From the NCBI RefSeq assembly GCF_009914755.1, contig NC_060925.1: a stretch of 64,000 nucleotides of DNA, one strand, 5' to 3'. The position numbers were made by a program, and so were the translations under genes. The notes below the pieces were generated by a model. It saw only the letters and a list, made by a program, of their open reading frames with translations. It was not told the origin of the DNA and did not search any database. The DNA is from the human T2T-CHM13v2.0 reference genome, Homo sapiens. Below, piece by piece: positions 1 to 15,730 of the stretch (positions are counted from its first letter, which is position 1; each line of letters opens with the position of its first letter).

Positions 1-29
1 ATTAACAGCAGAGCAAAACAAGGCCTTTT

Positions 30-344
<315 letters not shown>

Positions 345-2496
345 AAATAAGGCCTTTCTTTTTCTTCCCTTTGTAGGATTCCTATGGGTTTGGCAAAGAT
401 CTCACTCTATTTACTATATTATCTTCACTTTCATTCTGCTGCCAGAATGCCCTGGGCAACAATGACCCAGTGACAGACAGGTAAAAGTGGAGCTCCTTGG
501 TTTGTTCTAATTATCTCAATATTTTTACCATAAATTTGACAACATGCTCTCTCAACACTGTTTCATCCCAGATTTCCAGCTCCAGGCCTTTAAACAAGAA
601 CTTACGGAAAGACTCTGCTCTCCTAGTATCCCAACTTGTGAGCTGTTTTCTCTTTTCCACAGATAAATATTTTCTGCACTTCTAATTAAAATGCTTGTGT
701 TAAAATTCCTTCAAGAAAAAGTGAAATCTTTTCCTCCAATGTCAGGAAGCTTTTCAGGAAGTCACAAGTACACAGCCATATTGAAAAAGTGAGAAAGAGA
801 GATTGAGCGACATCAGACACGAAGAGAAAAGTGGTAGTTCTGGTGTTAGCTGAGTTTCAAAAATATATTGTATGGTAAGTTTATGTAATATTTATGATAC
901 TCAAAATTACACAGGATTTGTGGAGCCAGAGTTAAAGAACATGGATTGCAAAGGGGCAAAAAAAAAATTGAGATCATAGATATGTTCTATATCTTGATTG
1001 GGGTGGAAATTACATAGGTTTATTTATCTCAAGCTCATGAAGCTTTACATTTAAATTGAATAATTTTATTGTTTGCATATTGCACCTAATCAAAATTGAT
1101 TAAGCAATGTTATTTATAGTTTGTAGTTATTATCTATGCTTGTAAACAAATGTACACCCATATGTACAAGGAACTTAGGAAGAGACATAGGAAGATGGGA
1201 TATGAATATTTCTGTATAGCTTATCATTTCTCTGTTGTATGAAGTGATAGCAATATGTGTTAAATTTGGAGTACATAAGTATCTTATTTTCAGTATTATG
1301 CTTTTTATCGAAAATTTGAAATTTTAATTTTAAAATTTTTTATTGTGCTAAAAATGTAGATACATATACAGCTTAGGAAAAAATAAAGTGAAAGCCTGCA
1401 TACCCTTTAACTAGTTTTCCCAAATAGTATCAGTTTGGAAAATCATAGCTCAACATTACAAGCAGGATATTAACATTAAAGCAGTCTAGATACATAACAT
1501 TGCCATCACCAGGGTCGGTCATGTTTCTCTTTCATAGGCACATACAATTTCTTCCCACTCTGATTCCTTACTTAATTCCCGGCAATCACTGACCTATATT
1601 ATGTCATTACAAGTCTGATATATAAATGGAGACATATAGTGTATAAACTCTGAAACTGATTTTTTTCACTCAGCATAATTATCTGAATATTTATCCAGGT
1701 TGTTTTGTTTATCATAATAGTATTCCAGGGTGTGGAAGTATTACAGTTTGTTTAAACATTTACCCATTGAAGGACATCTGAGTTGTTTGCAGTGTTTGCC
1801 TATCATGAAAACATCTTCTATAAACATTAGTCTTCAGGTTTTTGTGTGAAAACAAGTCTTAAGTATTCTGGAATAAACACCTAGGTATGCAGTTTCTGGG
1901 TTTTATGGTAGTTGCATGTTTAATTTTTGTTTGAGAAACTGACAAACTGTTTTCCAGAGTGACTGTGAAATTTTACCTTCACACCAATAATGTATGAGTC
2001 ATTCAGTTACTGTGATTTCTTACCAGTATTTGGTGACGTTATTTTATTTTATTTTTCATTTTGATGAGTATGTAGTAATAGCTCATTATGGTGTGTATTT
2101 GCATTTCACCAATGGCTAACAGTGTTGAACACAGTATAAGTGCTCATTTTCACATGCGTAACATCTGCAGTGAAATATCTCTTCATGTATTTTGCCATTT
2201 TTGAATTGGATTGTTCATTTTATCACTATTGAGTTTTGAGAGTGCTTTACATATCCTAGATACTAGTCTTTGTTGAACATATGACTTGTCTCTTTATTCT
2301 CCCACTTTGTGACTTGTCTTTTCATTCTCTTTATGAGATTTTTCACAGATCAAAGGTTTTTAACTTTTATAAAATATACTTGTTCTTTTTTTATTTTTAA
2401 AAATTGTTTAATTATGGCTACATAATAGTTGTATATATTTATGGGACACATGTACAATTTTGATAGGATATGTAAAGATCAATTCAGAGTAATTGG

Positions 2497-2796
2497 GGCC
2501 AGGTGTGGTGCTCATGCCTATAATCTTAGCACTTTGGGAGACTGAAGCATGCAGATCACTTGAGCCAAGGAATTTGAGACCAGCCTGGGCAATATGGCGA
2601 GAGCCCATCTCTACAAAAAATGTAAAAATTAACCAGGTGTCACAGTGTTCATCTATAGTCCCAGCTACTTGGGAGGCTGAGAGATGGGAGGATCACTTAA
2701 AACCTGAAGGTCAAGGCTGTAGTGAGCCAAGTCTCACCACTGTACTCCAGCCCGGGCAACAGAGTGAGACTCTGTCTCAAAAAACAAACAAAAAAA
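2497..2796 (+). mobile_element. AluJ-like SINE
   Basis: GGCCAGGTGTGGTG start, GGGAGGATCACTT and CTGGGCAATATGG J-type features, A-rich tail; degenerate TSD TCAGAG(T/C)AAT(T/G)GGG. Confidence 0.88.
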
Positions 2797-3703
2797 TCAG
2801 AGCAATGGGGATATACACATTTCAAACATTTATCTTTTTTGTATTAGAATATTCCAATTTCACCATTTTAGTTATTTTGAAATATACAAAATTATTTTTA
2901 ATGATAGTCACCTTATTGTGCTACCAATATTGTTAGCTAGTAAATTATTGTTACTGTTGGATACAATGAGTTCTAGATTTGTCTTCAAAGAATCAGTATG
3001 TCAGTATGTTCAGTTCTTTGTCCTCTATTTTAAAGTTTAACTTCCTCGAAGTTTCAGTAAACAGCCAGTTTTAATCAGTAGTTCACATCTGTTCCCCTGG
3101 GCATCTCCTCCGTCCTGACTCATCCCGGTCATCTGTTTTGAACTGAGCCACCCCTGGTCACCTGCTCTGACCTAAGTCACCTTTAGTTACCTGTTCCTAA
3201 CCGTCTTTCCCGCCAAACTATTCACCCCACCACTCTGGCTCATACCCCTGTCCTCTTTAAAATATCCAATTGGAATTAGCTTAGACTGTGTGGTCCAACC
3301 CTAGCCAATAAGGAAATGACCCTATGATGCAGGAATATGAACCCCTTCCCCTCCTTTGTTCAGGTGTGCTCTCACCATTACTCCATTCGTGAGTCACACC
3401 CTTCTATAGAAGTAAAAATTGATGGGAGGGGGTTCCAAGATGGCTGAATAGGAACAGCTCCAGTCTAAAGTTCCCAGCGTGAGCGATGAAGAAGACGGGT
3501 GATTTCTGCATTTCCAACTGAGGTACCAGGTTCATTTCACTGGGTCTTGTCGGACAGTGGGTGCAGGATGGTGGGTGCAGTGCACCGAGCGTGAGCCAAA
3601 GCAGGGCGAGGCATTGCCTCACCTGGGAAGTGCAAGGGGTCAGGGAATTCCCTTTCATAGCCAAGCAAATCTGTGACAGACAGCACCTGGAAAATCAAGT
3701 CAC

Positions 3704-3874
3704 TCACACCCTAATATTGTGCTTTTCCAGTGGTCTTAGCAAATGGCACACCAGATTATATCCTGCACCTGGCTTGGATGGTCCCACGCCCATGAAGCCT
3801 CGCTCATTGCTAGAACTGCAGTCTGAGATCGAACTGCAAGGCTGCAGGGAGGCTGGGGGAGGGTCGCCCGCCAT
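3704..3874 (-). pseudogene. L1 antisense ORF0 homolog, truncated to 56 aa
   Basis: MAGDPPPASLQPCSSISDCSSSNERGFMGVGPSKPGAGYNLV... resembles primate L1 ORF0 (MAGAPPPASLPPCSLISDC...); premature TGA. Confidence 0.75.
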
Positions 3875-4448
3875 TGCTGAGGCTTGAGTAGGTAAACAAA
3901 GTGGCCAGGAAGCTCGAACTCGGTGGAGCCCAACGCAGCTCAAGGAGGCCTGCCTGCCTCTGTAGACTCCACCTCTGGAGGCAGGGCATAGCCAAACAAA
4001 AGGCAGCAGAAACCTCTGCAGACGTAAATGTCACTGTCTGACAGCTTTGAAGAGACTAGTGGTTCTCCCAGCATGGAGTTTGAGATCTGAGAACGGAAAG
4101 ACTGCCTCTTCAAGTGGGTCCCTGACCCCTGAGTAGCCTAACTGGGAAGCAACCCCAGTAGGTGCAGACCGACACCTCACATGGCCAGGTACCCCTCTGA
4201 CATGAAACCTCCAGAGGAATGATCAGACAGCAACATTTGCTGTTCAGCAATATTCACTGTTCTGCAGCCTCCGCTGCTGATACCCAGGCAAACAGGGTCT
4301 GGAGTGCACCTCCAGCAAACTCCAACAGACCTGCAGCTGAGGGTCCTGATTGTTAGAAGGAAAACTAACATACAGAAAGGACATCCACACCAAAAACGCA
4401 TCTGTACGTCACCATCATCAAAGACCAAAGGTAGATAAAACCACAAAG

Positions 4449-5466
4449 ATGGGGGAAAAACAGAACAGAAAAACTTAAAATTCTAAAAATCAGAGCATCT
4501 CTCCTCCTCCAAAGGAATGAAACTCCTCACCAGCAATGGAAGAAAGCTGGATGGAGAATGACTTTGACAAGTTGAGAGAAGAAGGCTTCAGATGACCAAA
4601 CTTCTCCGAGCTAAAGGAGGAAGTTCGAACCTATGGCAAAGAAGTTAAAAACCTTGAAAAAAGAATAGACAAATGGCTAACTAGAATAACCAATGCAGAG
4701 AAGTCCTTAAAGGACCTGATGGAGCTGAAAAACATGGAACAAGAACTATGTGATGAATGCACAAGCTTCAGTAGCCTATTCGATCAACTGGAAGAAAGGG
4801 TTTCAGTGATTGAAGAGCAAATGAATGAAATGAAGTGAGAAGAGAAGTTTAGAGAAAAAAGAATGAAAAGAAACAAACGAAGCCTCCAAGAAATATGGGA
4901 CTAAGTGAAAAGACCAAATCTATGTCTGATTGGTGTACCTGAAAGTGACGGGGAGAATGGAACCAAGTAGGAAAACACTCTGCAGGATATTATCCAGGAG
5001 AACTTCCCCAACCTAGCAAGGGAGGCAAACATTCAAATTCAGGAAACACAGAGAACACCACAAAAATACTCCTTGAGAAGAGCAACTCCAAGACACACAA
5101 TTGTCAGATTCACCAAAGTTGAAATGAAGGAAAAAATGTTAAGGGCAGCCAGAGAGAAAGGTCAGGTTACCCCCAAAGGGAAGCCCATCAGACTAACAGC
5201 TGATCTCTCAGCAGAAGCTCCAAAAACCGGGAGAGAAAGGGGGCCAATATTCAACATTCTTAAAGAAAAGAATTTTCTACCCAGAATTTCATATCCAGCC
5301 AAAATAAGCGTCATAAGTGAAGGAGAAATAAAATACTTTACAGACAGGCAAATGCTGAGACATTTTTGACACCACCACGCCTGCCCTACAAGAGCTCCTG
5401 AAGGAAGCACTAAACATGGAAAGGAACAACTGGTATAAGCCACTGCAAAAACATGCCAAATTGTAA
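4449..5466 (+). pseudogene. L1 ORF1p remnant
   Basis: ATGGGG start; fragment RRATPRHTIVRFTKVEMKEKMLRAAREKG; several internal stops. Confidence 0.9.
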
Positions 5467-5529
5467 AGACCATCAATGCTAGGAAGAAACTGCATCAACT
5501 AATGAGCAAAATAACCAGTTAATATCATA

Positions 5530-9369
<3,840 letters not shown>

Positions 9370-10200
9370 ACAATGAGAACACTTGGACACAGGAAGGGGA
9401 ACATCACACACCAGGGCTTGTGGTGGGGTGGGGTGAGGGAGGAGGAATAGCATTAGGAGATATACCTAATGTAAATGACAAGTTAATTGATGCAGCACAC
9501 CAACATGGCACATGTATACATATGTAGCAAACCTGCATGTTGTGCTCATGTACCCCAGAACTTAAAGTATAATAAAAAATATATATATATAAAAATTAAA
9601 AAAGAAAATAAATACTAATTAAAAAAAGAAGTAAAAATTGCCTTGCTGAAAAATTTTGTGTTTGAGTGCTATTTCTTTGCAGCACTGAGGAACAAGCATT
9701 TTACTTCTAACAATCGAGGAGCAAGCATTTTGTTTCTAACATTACCAGTAATGACTAATTGTAGCCAGTAAATTTTTGTTAACTACAGTAACCTTATTGT
9801 CCTACCAAACCCTAGGTCTTATTTCTTCTATCTAATTGTATTTCTGTAGCCATTAAACATCCCATTTGAATCCTTTCTTCCTCATTAAACTTCCCAGCCT
9901 CTGGTAACCATCATTCTATTTCCATGAGTTTATTTATTTAGCTTCCATATATGAGTGAGTGCAGGCAATATTTGTTTTTATGTCTGGCTTACTCCACTTA
10001 ACATAATGTCCTCCAGTACCATCTACGTTGTTGCACATGACATGACAGGATTTAATTATTTTTAAAGCTAAATAATATTCCATTGTGTATATATGTATCA
10101 CCATTTATTTATCCATTGACCTGTTAATAGGCTTTAGGTTGATTCAATATTTTGGGTATTGTGAACAGTGTAGCAATAAACATGGGAGTGCAGGTATCTC

Positions 10201-10637
10201 TGTAGGGGGCTGAAGGCCTGTGGGTCATGACCAACTCAGCATTCTGCTGGAGGCTATATGATCAAACAGCAAACTGTTTATCATGAATGCAGGATGTGGG
10301 AAAACTCACGACTGCTCCTGCCGCCAGAAGGTATGCTGAGTGCAATCACTCCCTGGTGCCATGCTCCTTGATGTTATCTACTGGAACATCTGGAGACTAC
10401 TGTTCAGAGAATGCAGTCATGCAAGCCTGCACCAAATCAAGCAGCTGACTGACAACCACTCCCTTCTCCCTATCTCCTTTACTCAATAAATACAAAGGGA
10501 GCTAAAATCTCAGGGCCCATGTTCACTAGAAACAAGGAGCCCCCTGACCCCTTCTTCCAAACATACTCTTTTGTCTTTATGTTTATTCCTGCACTCGTCC
10601 CCCTTTGTTCAGTCCAACAGGGATTGGGGCTGCGTCA
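10201..10637 (+). repeat. 5' LTR (LTR3-type)
   Basis: TGTAGGGGGC...TGCGTCA; aligns without gaps to 17720-18156; internal AATAAA. Confidence 0.93.
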
Positions 10638-10640
10638 AAG

Positions 10641-10658
10641 TGGTGCCTGAACAGGGAC
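10641..10658 (+). other. Primer binding site for tRNA-Lys(UUU)/Lys3
   Basis: TGGTGCCTGAACAGGGAC versus canonical TGGCGCCCGAACAGGGAC (two CpG transitions), 3 nt after the LTR. Confidence 0.92.
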
Positions 10659-10869
10659 TTCAAGGACGCGAATGAAGAAGGTCCGTTGGAGCAGAGGAAG
10701 TGAAACTGACAAGATGAACGGGGACCTCGGGAGGAGTCTGCCAACAGCAGATATAAGGACAGTGCCCTAAAGAAGTACTGTTCAGTGCCCTAAAGAGGTA
10801 CTGGGAATGATATAAGGTCAGTGCTGGAAAGAAGTACTGGGAGTGAGAAGTTTTCTGAATCAGGGTAAC

Positions 10870-12499
10870 ATGGGGCATAATTAGTCTGTTGAAGAAAATC
10901 ATTATGTGCAGTTGCTTCAAGTTCTGTTGAGACAGTCTGGAACTCAGGTTAATTTGCAGACACTAACTAAGCTTCTGCAGGAGGTTATTATGCATAACCC
11001 ATGGTTTCCACAGACAGGCAGTTTTGATGTGGAAAATTAGGACAGAGCAAGAGAAGGATTAAAATGGCCTCATCAAAAAGGTCTTAAAGTTGATCCTTCT
11101 GTTTCCTCCACTTGGAGTTTAGTTTCTACTGTCCTTCTGCCATTGTCTCCTTCTTATTCTGCTGGACAGCAGGAGTCATGTTCTGAGCCTAAAAATCTGA
11201 AAGAATCTGCTGTTAAACAGCACCAATTGAAAATAAAAATAAAAAAAAAAACAGAAAAGGGAGGATAAAAATTGGCCTATACCTCCCCCTCCAATAGCAG
11301 AAACATCTGTACCGCCTCCTTTGGTAGCAAAAATAGGGACACCAATACAAAGAATTTTAGGCTCTGCTGCCATAGCTGGAGAGCCCTTAGGATGTTGTGC
11401 TTTTCTTATTTCCGTAAGGCCTGATCCAAATAATCCACAGCAGTATACTTATAAACACACCTCATTAGAGTTTAAGTTATTGAAGGGATTAAAAGCTAGT
11501 ATAGTTAATAGTGGAGTAAAGAGTCCATTCACTTTAGAATTGCTAGAATCTGTGTTTGGTGATATGTGCCTTCTACCCTTTGATGTAAAACATTTGCTCA
11601 AACTTGTTTGTCTGCTAGTGCATATCTGACATGGAATTTAAATTGACAAGAAATGTGTGCAGACCAGGCTAGACAGAATTGTGCTGCCAGACAGGAAGAC
11701 ATTACAGAGGATATGCTGTTAGGTAATGGCCCTTATTCAGACCTAGAACATCAAATGACAATCCCAAATGCTGCTTATCAGCATTGTGCACAGACTGCTA
11801 AATGTGCCCGGGCCACAATTCCAGAAGAGGGAGTTCCAGTACACTCCTTTGTATGTATCATGCAAGGGTCATAGGAGCCCTATGCACATTTTCTCACAAG
11901 ATTACAAGAGGCAGTGAAGCTTCAGATTCCTCATACCACTCATGCAGAAATGCTAACCTTAACTTTAGCTTTTGAGAATGCAAACATGGATTGTAAATGT
12001 GCACTGGCACCAATGAGGTGTACAACAAACTTAGGAAATTTTCTCAGAGCTTGTCAGGATGTAGGAACTGAGCTTCATCACTCTGCAATGTGAGTGCAAG
12101 CAATGACTAATTTAGCAGTTGACAAATCTAAAAAGAGCCAAGGGTCAAATTCTAAAATGGGAAAATGTTATAACTGTGGAAAAACTGGACATTTAAAAAG
12201 GAATGCCACAAGATCTGAGGACAGCAAGGATTTTATTATGTAGTTCCTCCACCCCACAGCAGAAAAAAATACCAGGACTCTGTCCTCGCTGTAACAAACG
12301 AAATCACTGGGCTAATCAATGCTGCTCAAAATTTCATCAAAATAGCACCCCCCTGTCGGGAAATGAGAAGGGGGCCTGGACTCAGGCCCCACAAATAATG
12401 AGGGCATTCCCAGTCCAGGCCACTACCCTGTTTCAGGATTGGGTCCCAGGAGAACCATTGATTCCCTCACCCCAGGAACACCAGGAAATGCAAGATTAG
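10870..12499 (+). pseudogene. HML-6 gag remnant
   Basis: MG start followed by an early TAG; capsid-like fragments; zinc knuckles CYNCGKTGH and CPRCNKRNHWANQC. Confidence 0.85.
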
Positions 12500-14040
12500 A
12501 TCTCCTAATCAGAGAAAGAATTACATTAGTTGGAAGAGACAAAACTACCAAAGTTCCCACTGGCATTTGCGGACCTTTACCAGCAGGACTAATTTCAGGC
12601 AAAAGCCCCTTAACTTGCAAGACATTACTGTAGTCCCAGCAGTAGCTGACTCTGATTATGAAGGAGAAATTCATGTAGCTTTAATGTCACAAAATCTTTA
12701 GGTTTTTGAACTGGAAGAATATATTGCTCAACTATTGCTTATTCCCTGCAAATTACACCCTTCTCCATGAAAGGAGAAATGAGGAAATGAAGAGTTTGGA
12801 GCACAACTACATGAAAAATCTATATATCCCAACTCATAGCCTCTAATAGACCCATCTGTGTAGTATGAATTAAAGGATGTGGAGAAATAGGAATGCTTTT
12901 ACACTGTTGGTGGGACTGTAAACTAGTTCAACCATTGTGGAAGTCAGTGTGGCGATTCCTCAGGGATCTTGAACTAGAAATACCATTTGACCCAGCAATC
13001 CCATTACTGGGTATATACCCAAAGGATTATAAATCATGCTGCTATAAAGACACATGCACACGTATGTTTATTGTGGCACTATTCATGATAGCAAAGACTT
13101 GGAACCAAGCCAAATGTCCAGCAATGATAGACTGGATTAAGAAAATGTGGCACATACACTTCATGGAATACTATGCAGCCATAAAAAAGGATGAGTTCAC
13201 GTCCTTTGTAGGGATATGGATGAAGCTGGAAACCATCATTCTCAGAAAACTATCACAAGGACAGAAAACCAAACACTGCATGTTCTCACTCATAGGTGGG
13301 AATTGAACAATGAGAACACATGGACAGAGGAAGGGGAACATCACACACCGGGGCTTGTGGCAGGGTGGGGGGAGGGGGGAGGGATAGCATTAGGAGATAT
13401 ACCTAATGTTAAATGATGAGTTGACGGGTGCAGCACACCAACATGGCACATGTATACATATGTAACTAACCTGCATGTTGTGCGCATGTACCCTAAAACT
13501 TAAAGTATAATAAAAAAAATCTGTAGTTTAATAGCATTGTGCCTATGGTAGTTTCTCAGAGATAAGTGCATTGGTTATGTAAGATGTTAACATAGGGGAA
13601 ACTGAATGAAGGGTATATGGAAACTGTACGATTTTTTTCAAATCTTCCTAACACGATCTTAAAATAAAAAAAAAAAGAATTAAAGGAAAGAAATTTTATG
13701 GGCTTATGGACACAGGAGCTGATGTGTCAGTAATATCCTGTAAGGACTGGTCCCCCAGCATGGCCTCTCAGACTAACCTCCACATCCTTAGTGGGAGTAG
13801 GAGCAGTTCAACGTGTTCAAAAGAGTGCTGAGATTTTACCTTGTCTTGGTCTGGATGGATAATCATGTACTTTCTAGCCTTATATTGCAAATATAAGTAC
13901 AGCATGGGATATGAGACTTACAAATAAAAACTTTGATAACCCAGGATTTAAAATGTTGAAGACATGGGATATTAGAGTGGAAAAGGTTTAGGGAAATTCC
14001 TACAAGGAAACTCTAACCTGGTATCAATACCTGGAAAGAC
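12440..14040 (+). pseudogene. HML-6 pro (dUTPase-protease-G-patch) remnant, interrupted by an L1
   Basis: TPGNARLDL, VPTGICGPLP and DSDYEGEI dUTPase-like motifs; GLMDTGADVS protease active site at ~13700-13730; GKGLGK G-patch at ~13980. Confidence 0.8.
12878..13676 (+). mobile_element. 5'-truncated L1PA (~640 bp) plus ~150-bp 3' transduction, inside HML-6 pro
   Basis: L1 3' end to its A tail at ~13519, extra sequence, second A tail at 13661-13676; 11-bp TSD GAATTAAAGGA at 12867-12877 and 13677-13687. Confidence 0.9.
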
Positions 14041-15730
14041 AGGTTAAACCATGCAAGGAGATTCTTCATTAAATTCCCCGTGGCAATTGAGCAAAGAGGC
14101 CAAAGCAGAGTTACAGCTTATAGAGCAGATGTTTCAATAACGACATTCCTCATGGCTACAGCCACACCAACCTTTGCTTTAGTTTGTTCTTCCTACCCCC
14201 CACTCTCCAACAGGACTTCTAGGCCAATGCTTAGACATATCTGTAACAGTAATAGAATGGCTCTTTCTACCTAATCAAACAGTCAAAACCTTGCAAGTCT
14301 ATCTTTCTTTAATTACACAAATTGTGACAATAGATAAGCATAGGTCAAAGATGCTTATGGGATAGGATCCAGACAAAATTATTGTTCCCTTAGACACTTA
14401 GCAACAGGCCACAGCTTGGGAAATGTCAATTGCATGGCAAATCACTTTTGCAAACTTCTTGGGAATAACAGACAACCACTAACCCTCAGACAAAATTTTG
14501 CAGTTTTATAAAGTCCATTCTTTAATTCTTCCTGTGATTACTCATCACAAGCCTATTTCAGGTGGCCAGACTTATTTTACTGATGGCTCTTCCAAAGGTC
14601 ATGCAGTTATTTATGGACCTAAACATACTCAAACAATAATGACCTCTGGGGTTTCAGCTCAGAGTTAATTGTAGTCATTCAGGTTTTACAGCTCATAGCT
14701 TTAGATCCTATCAACATTGTCTGTGATTCAGATTTTTTTTAAATGTAGCCAGTCGCATAGAAACTGCTGCAATTAAATGTACCCTAGAAACAGAACTGCT
14801 TGTTTCTAAGACTTCAACAAGCTATTCCCTCTTACATAGCTCCTTTTCATATTTCTCATATTCACTCTCACACAACTTCCTGGACCACTATCTCTAGGTA
14901 ATGATAGAGCAGATAAATTGATTGGATCTGTGTTTCAGCAAGCTCAAGCCTCTCATGCGCTACTGCACCAAAATACTTCTGCTCTTACTCGCATGTTTCA
15001 CTTGTTTTGCAGCAAAGCTAGGGCTATAATACAAGCCTCTTCTACTTGCCAGCAAGTCCCTGGAGCCACACCTGTAGAAGGCTGTAACCCACAAGATTTG
15101 GCTCCAAATGAAATCTGGAAAATGGATATTACACATATCGCAGCCTTTGGCAAGCTTAGCTATGTTCATGTGACTATGGACAGTTATTCTCATATGCTGC
15201 ATGATACATGCCAAACAGCTGAGACAGCTGGTCATGTACAGCGACATTGTCTGTCATCATTTGCTCACATGGGGATTCCTAAACAATTAAAAACTGACAA
15301 TGGACTTGCTTATACTAGTTAGTTTTTTCAAAATTTCTTACAGCTTTGGGCTATAACCCATAAAACAGGAATTCCTTATAATCCTAGAGGACAAGGCATT
15401 ATAGAGCGGGCACATCAAACATTAAAACGTATGTTGAATAAACAGAAAGGAGGAATAGGAGACCATTTACCACCTCAAACAAAACTATATTTAGTCTTAT
15501 TTACTTTAATTTTTTTGACTCCTGATACGGATGGTAAGACTCCAGCAGAAAGACATTGGAAAGTGTTAGAGGAAAAGAAAAATGTTTATCCAAAAATGTA
15601 TGGAAATCCCCGGAAGAAGGATAATGGAAAGGTCCGGTGGATTTATTAACGTGGGGATGAGGGTATGCTTGTTTTTACAGGAGATGGACAAACTGTATGG
15701 GTGCCCTCAAGGTTCATGCGACCATGGGAG
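14041..15730 (+). pseudogene. HML-6 pol remnant (RT core missing; connection, RNase H and integrase present)
   Basis: YFTDGSS RNase H motif at ~14572; integrase SHALLH, WKMDITH, KTDNG and IIERAH motifs. Confidence 0.85.

Noticed and set aside
12878-13519. Truncated L1 as a local copy of the neighbouring full-length L1
   Set aside because: Many substitutions separate them, and the transduced tag does not match the neighbour's 3' flank.
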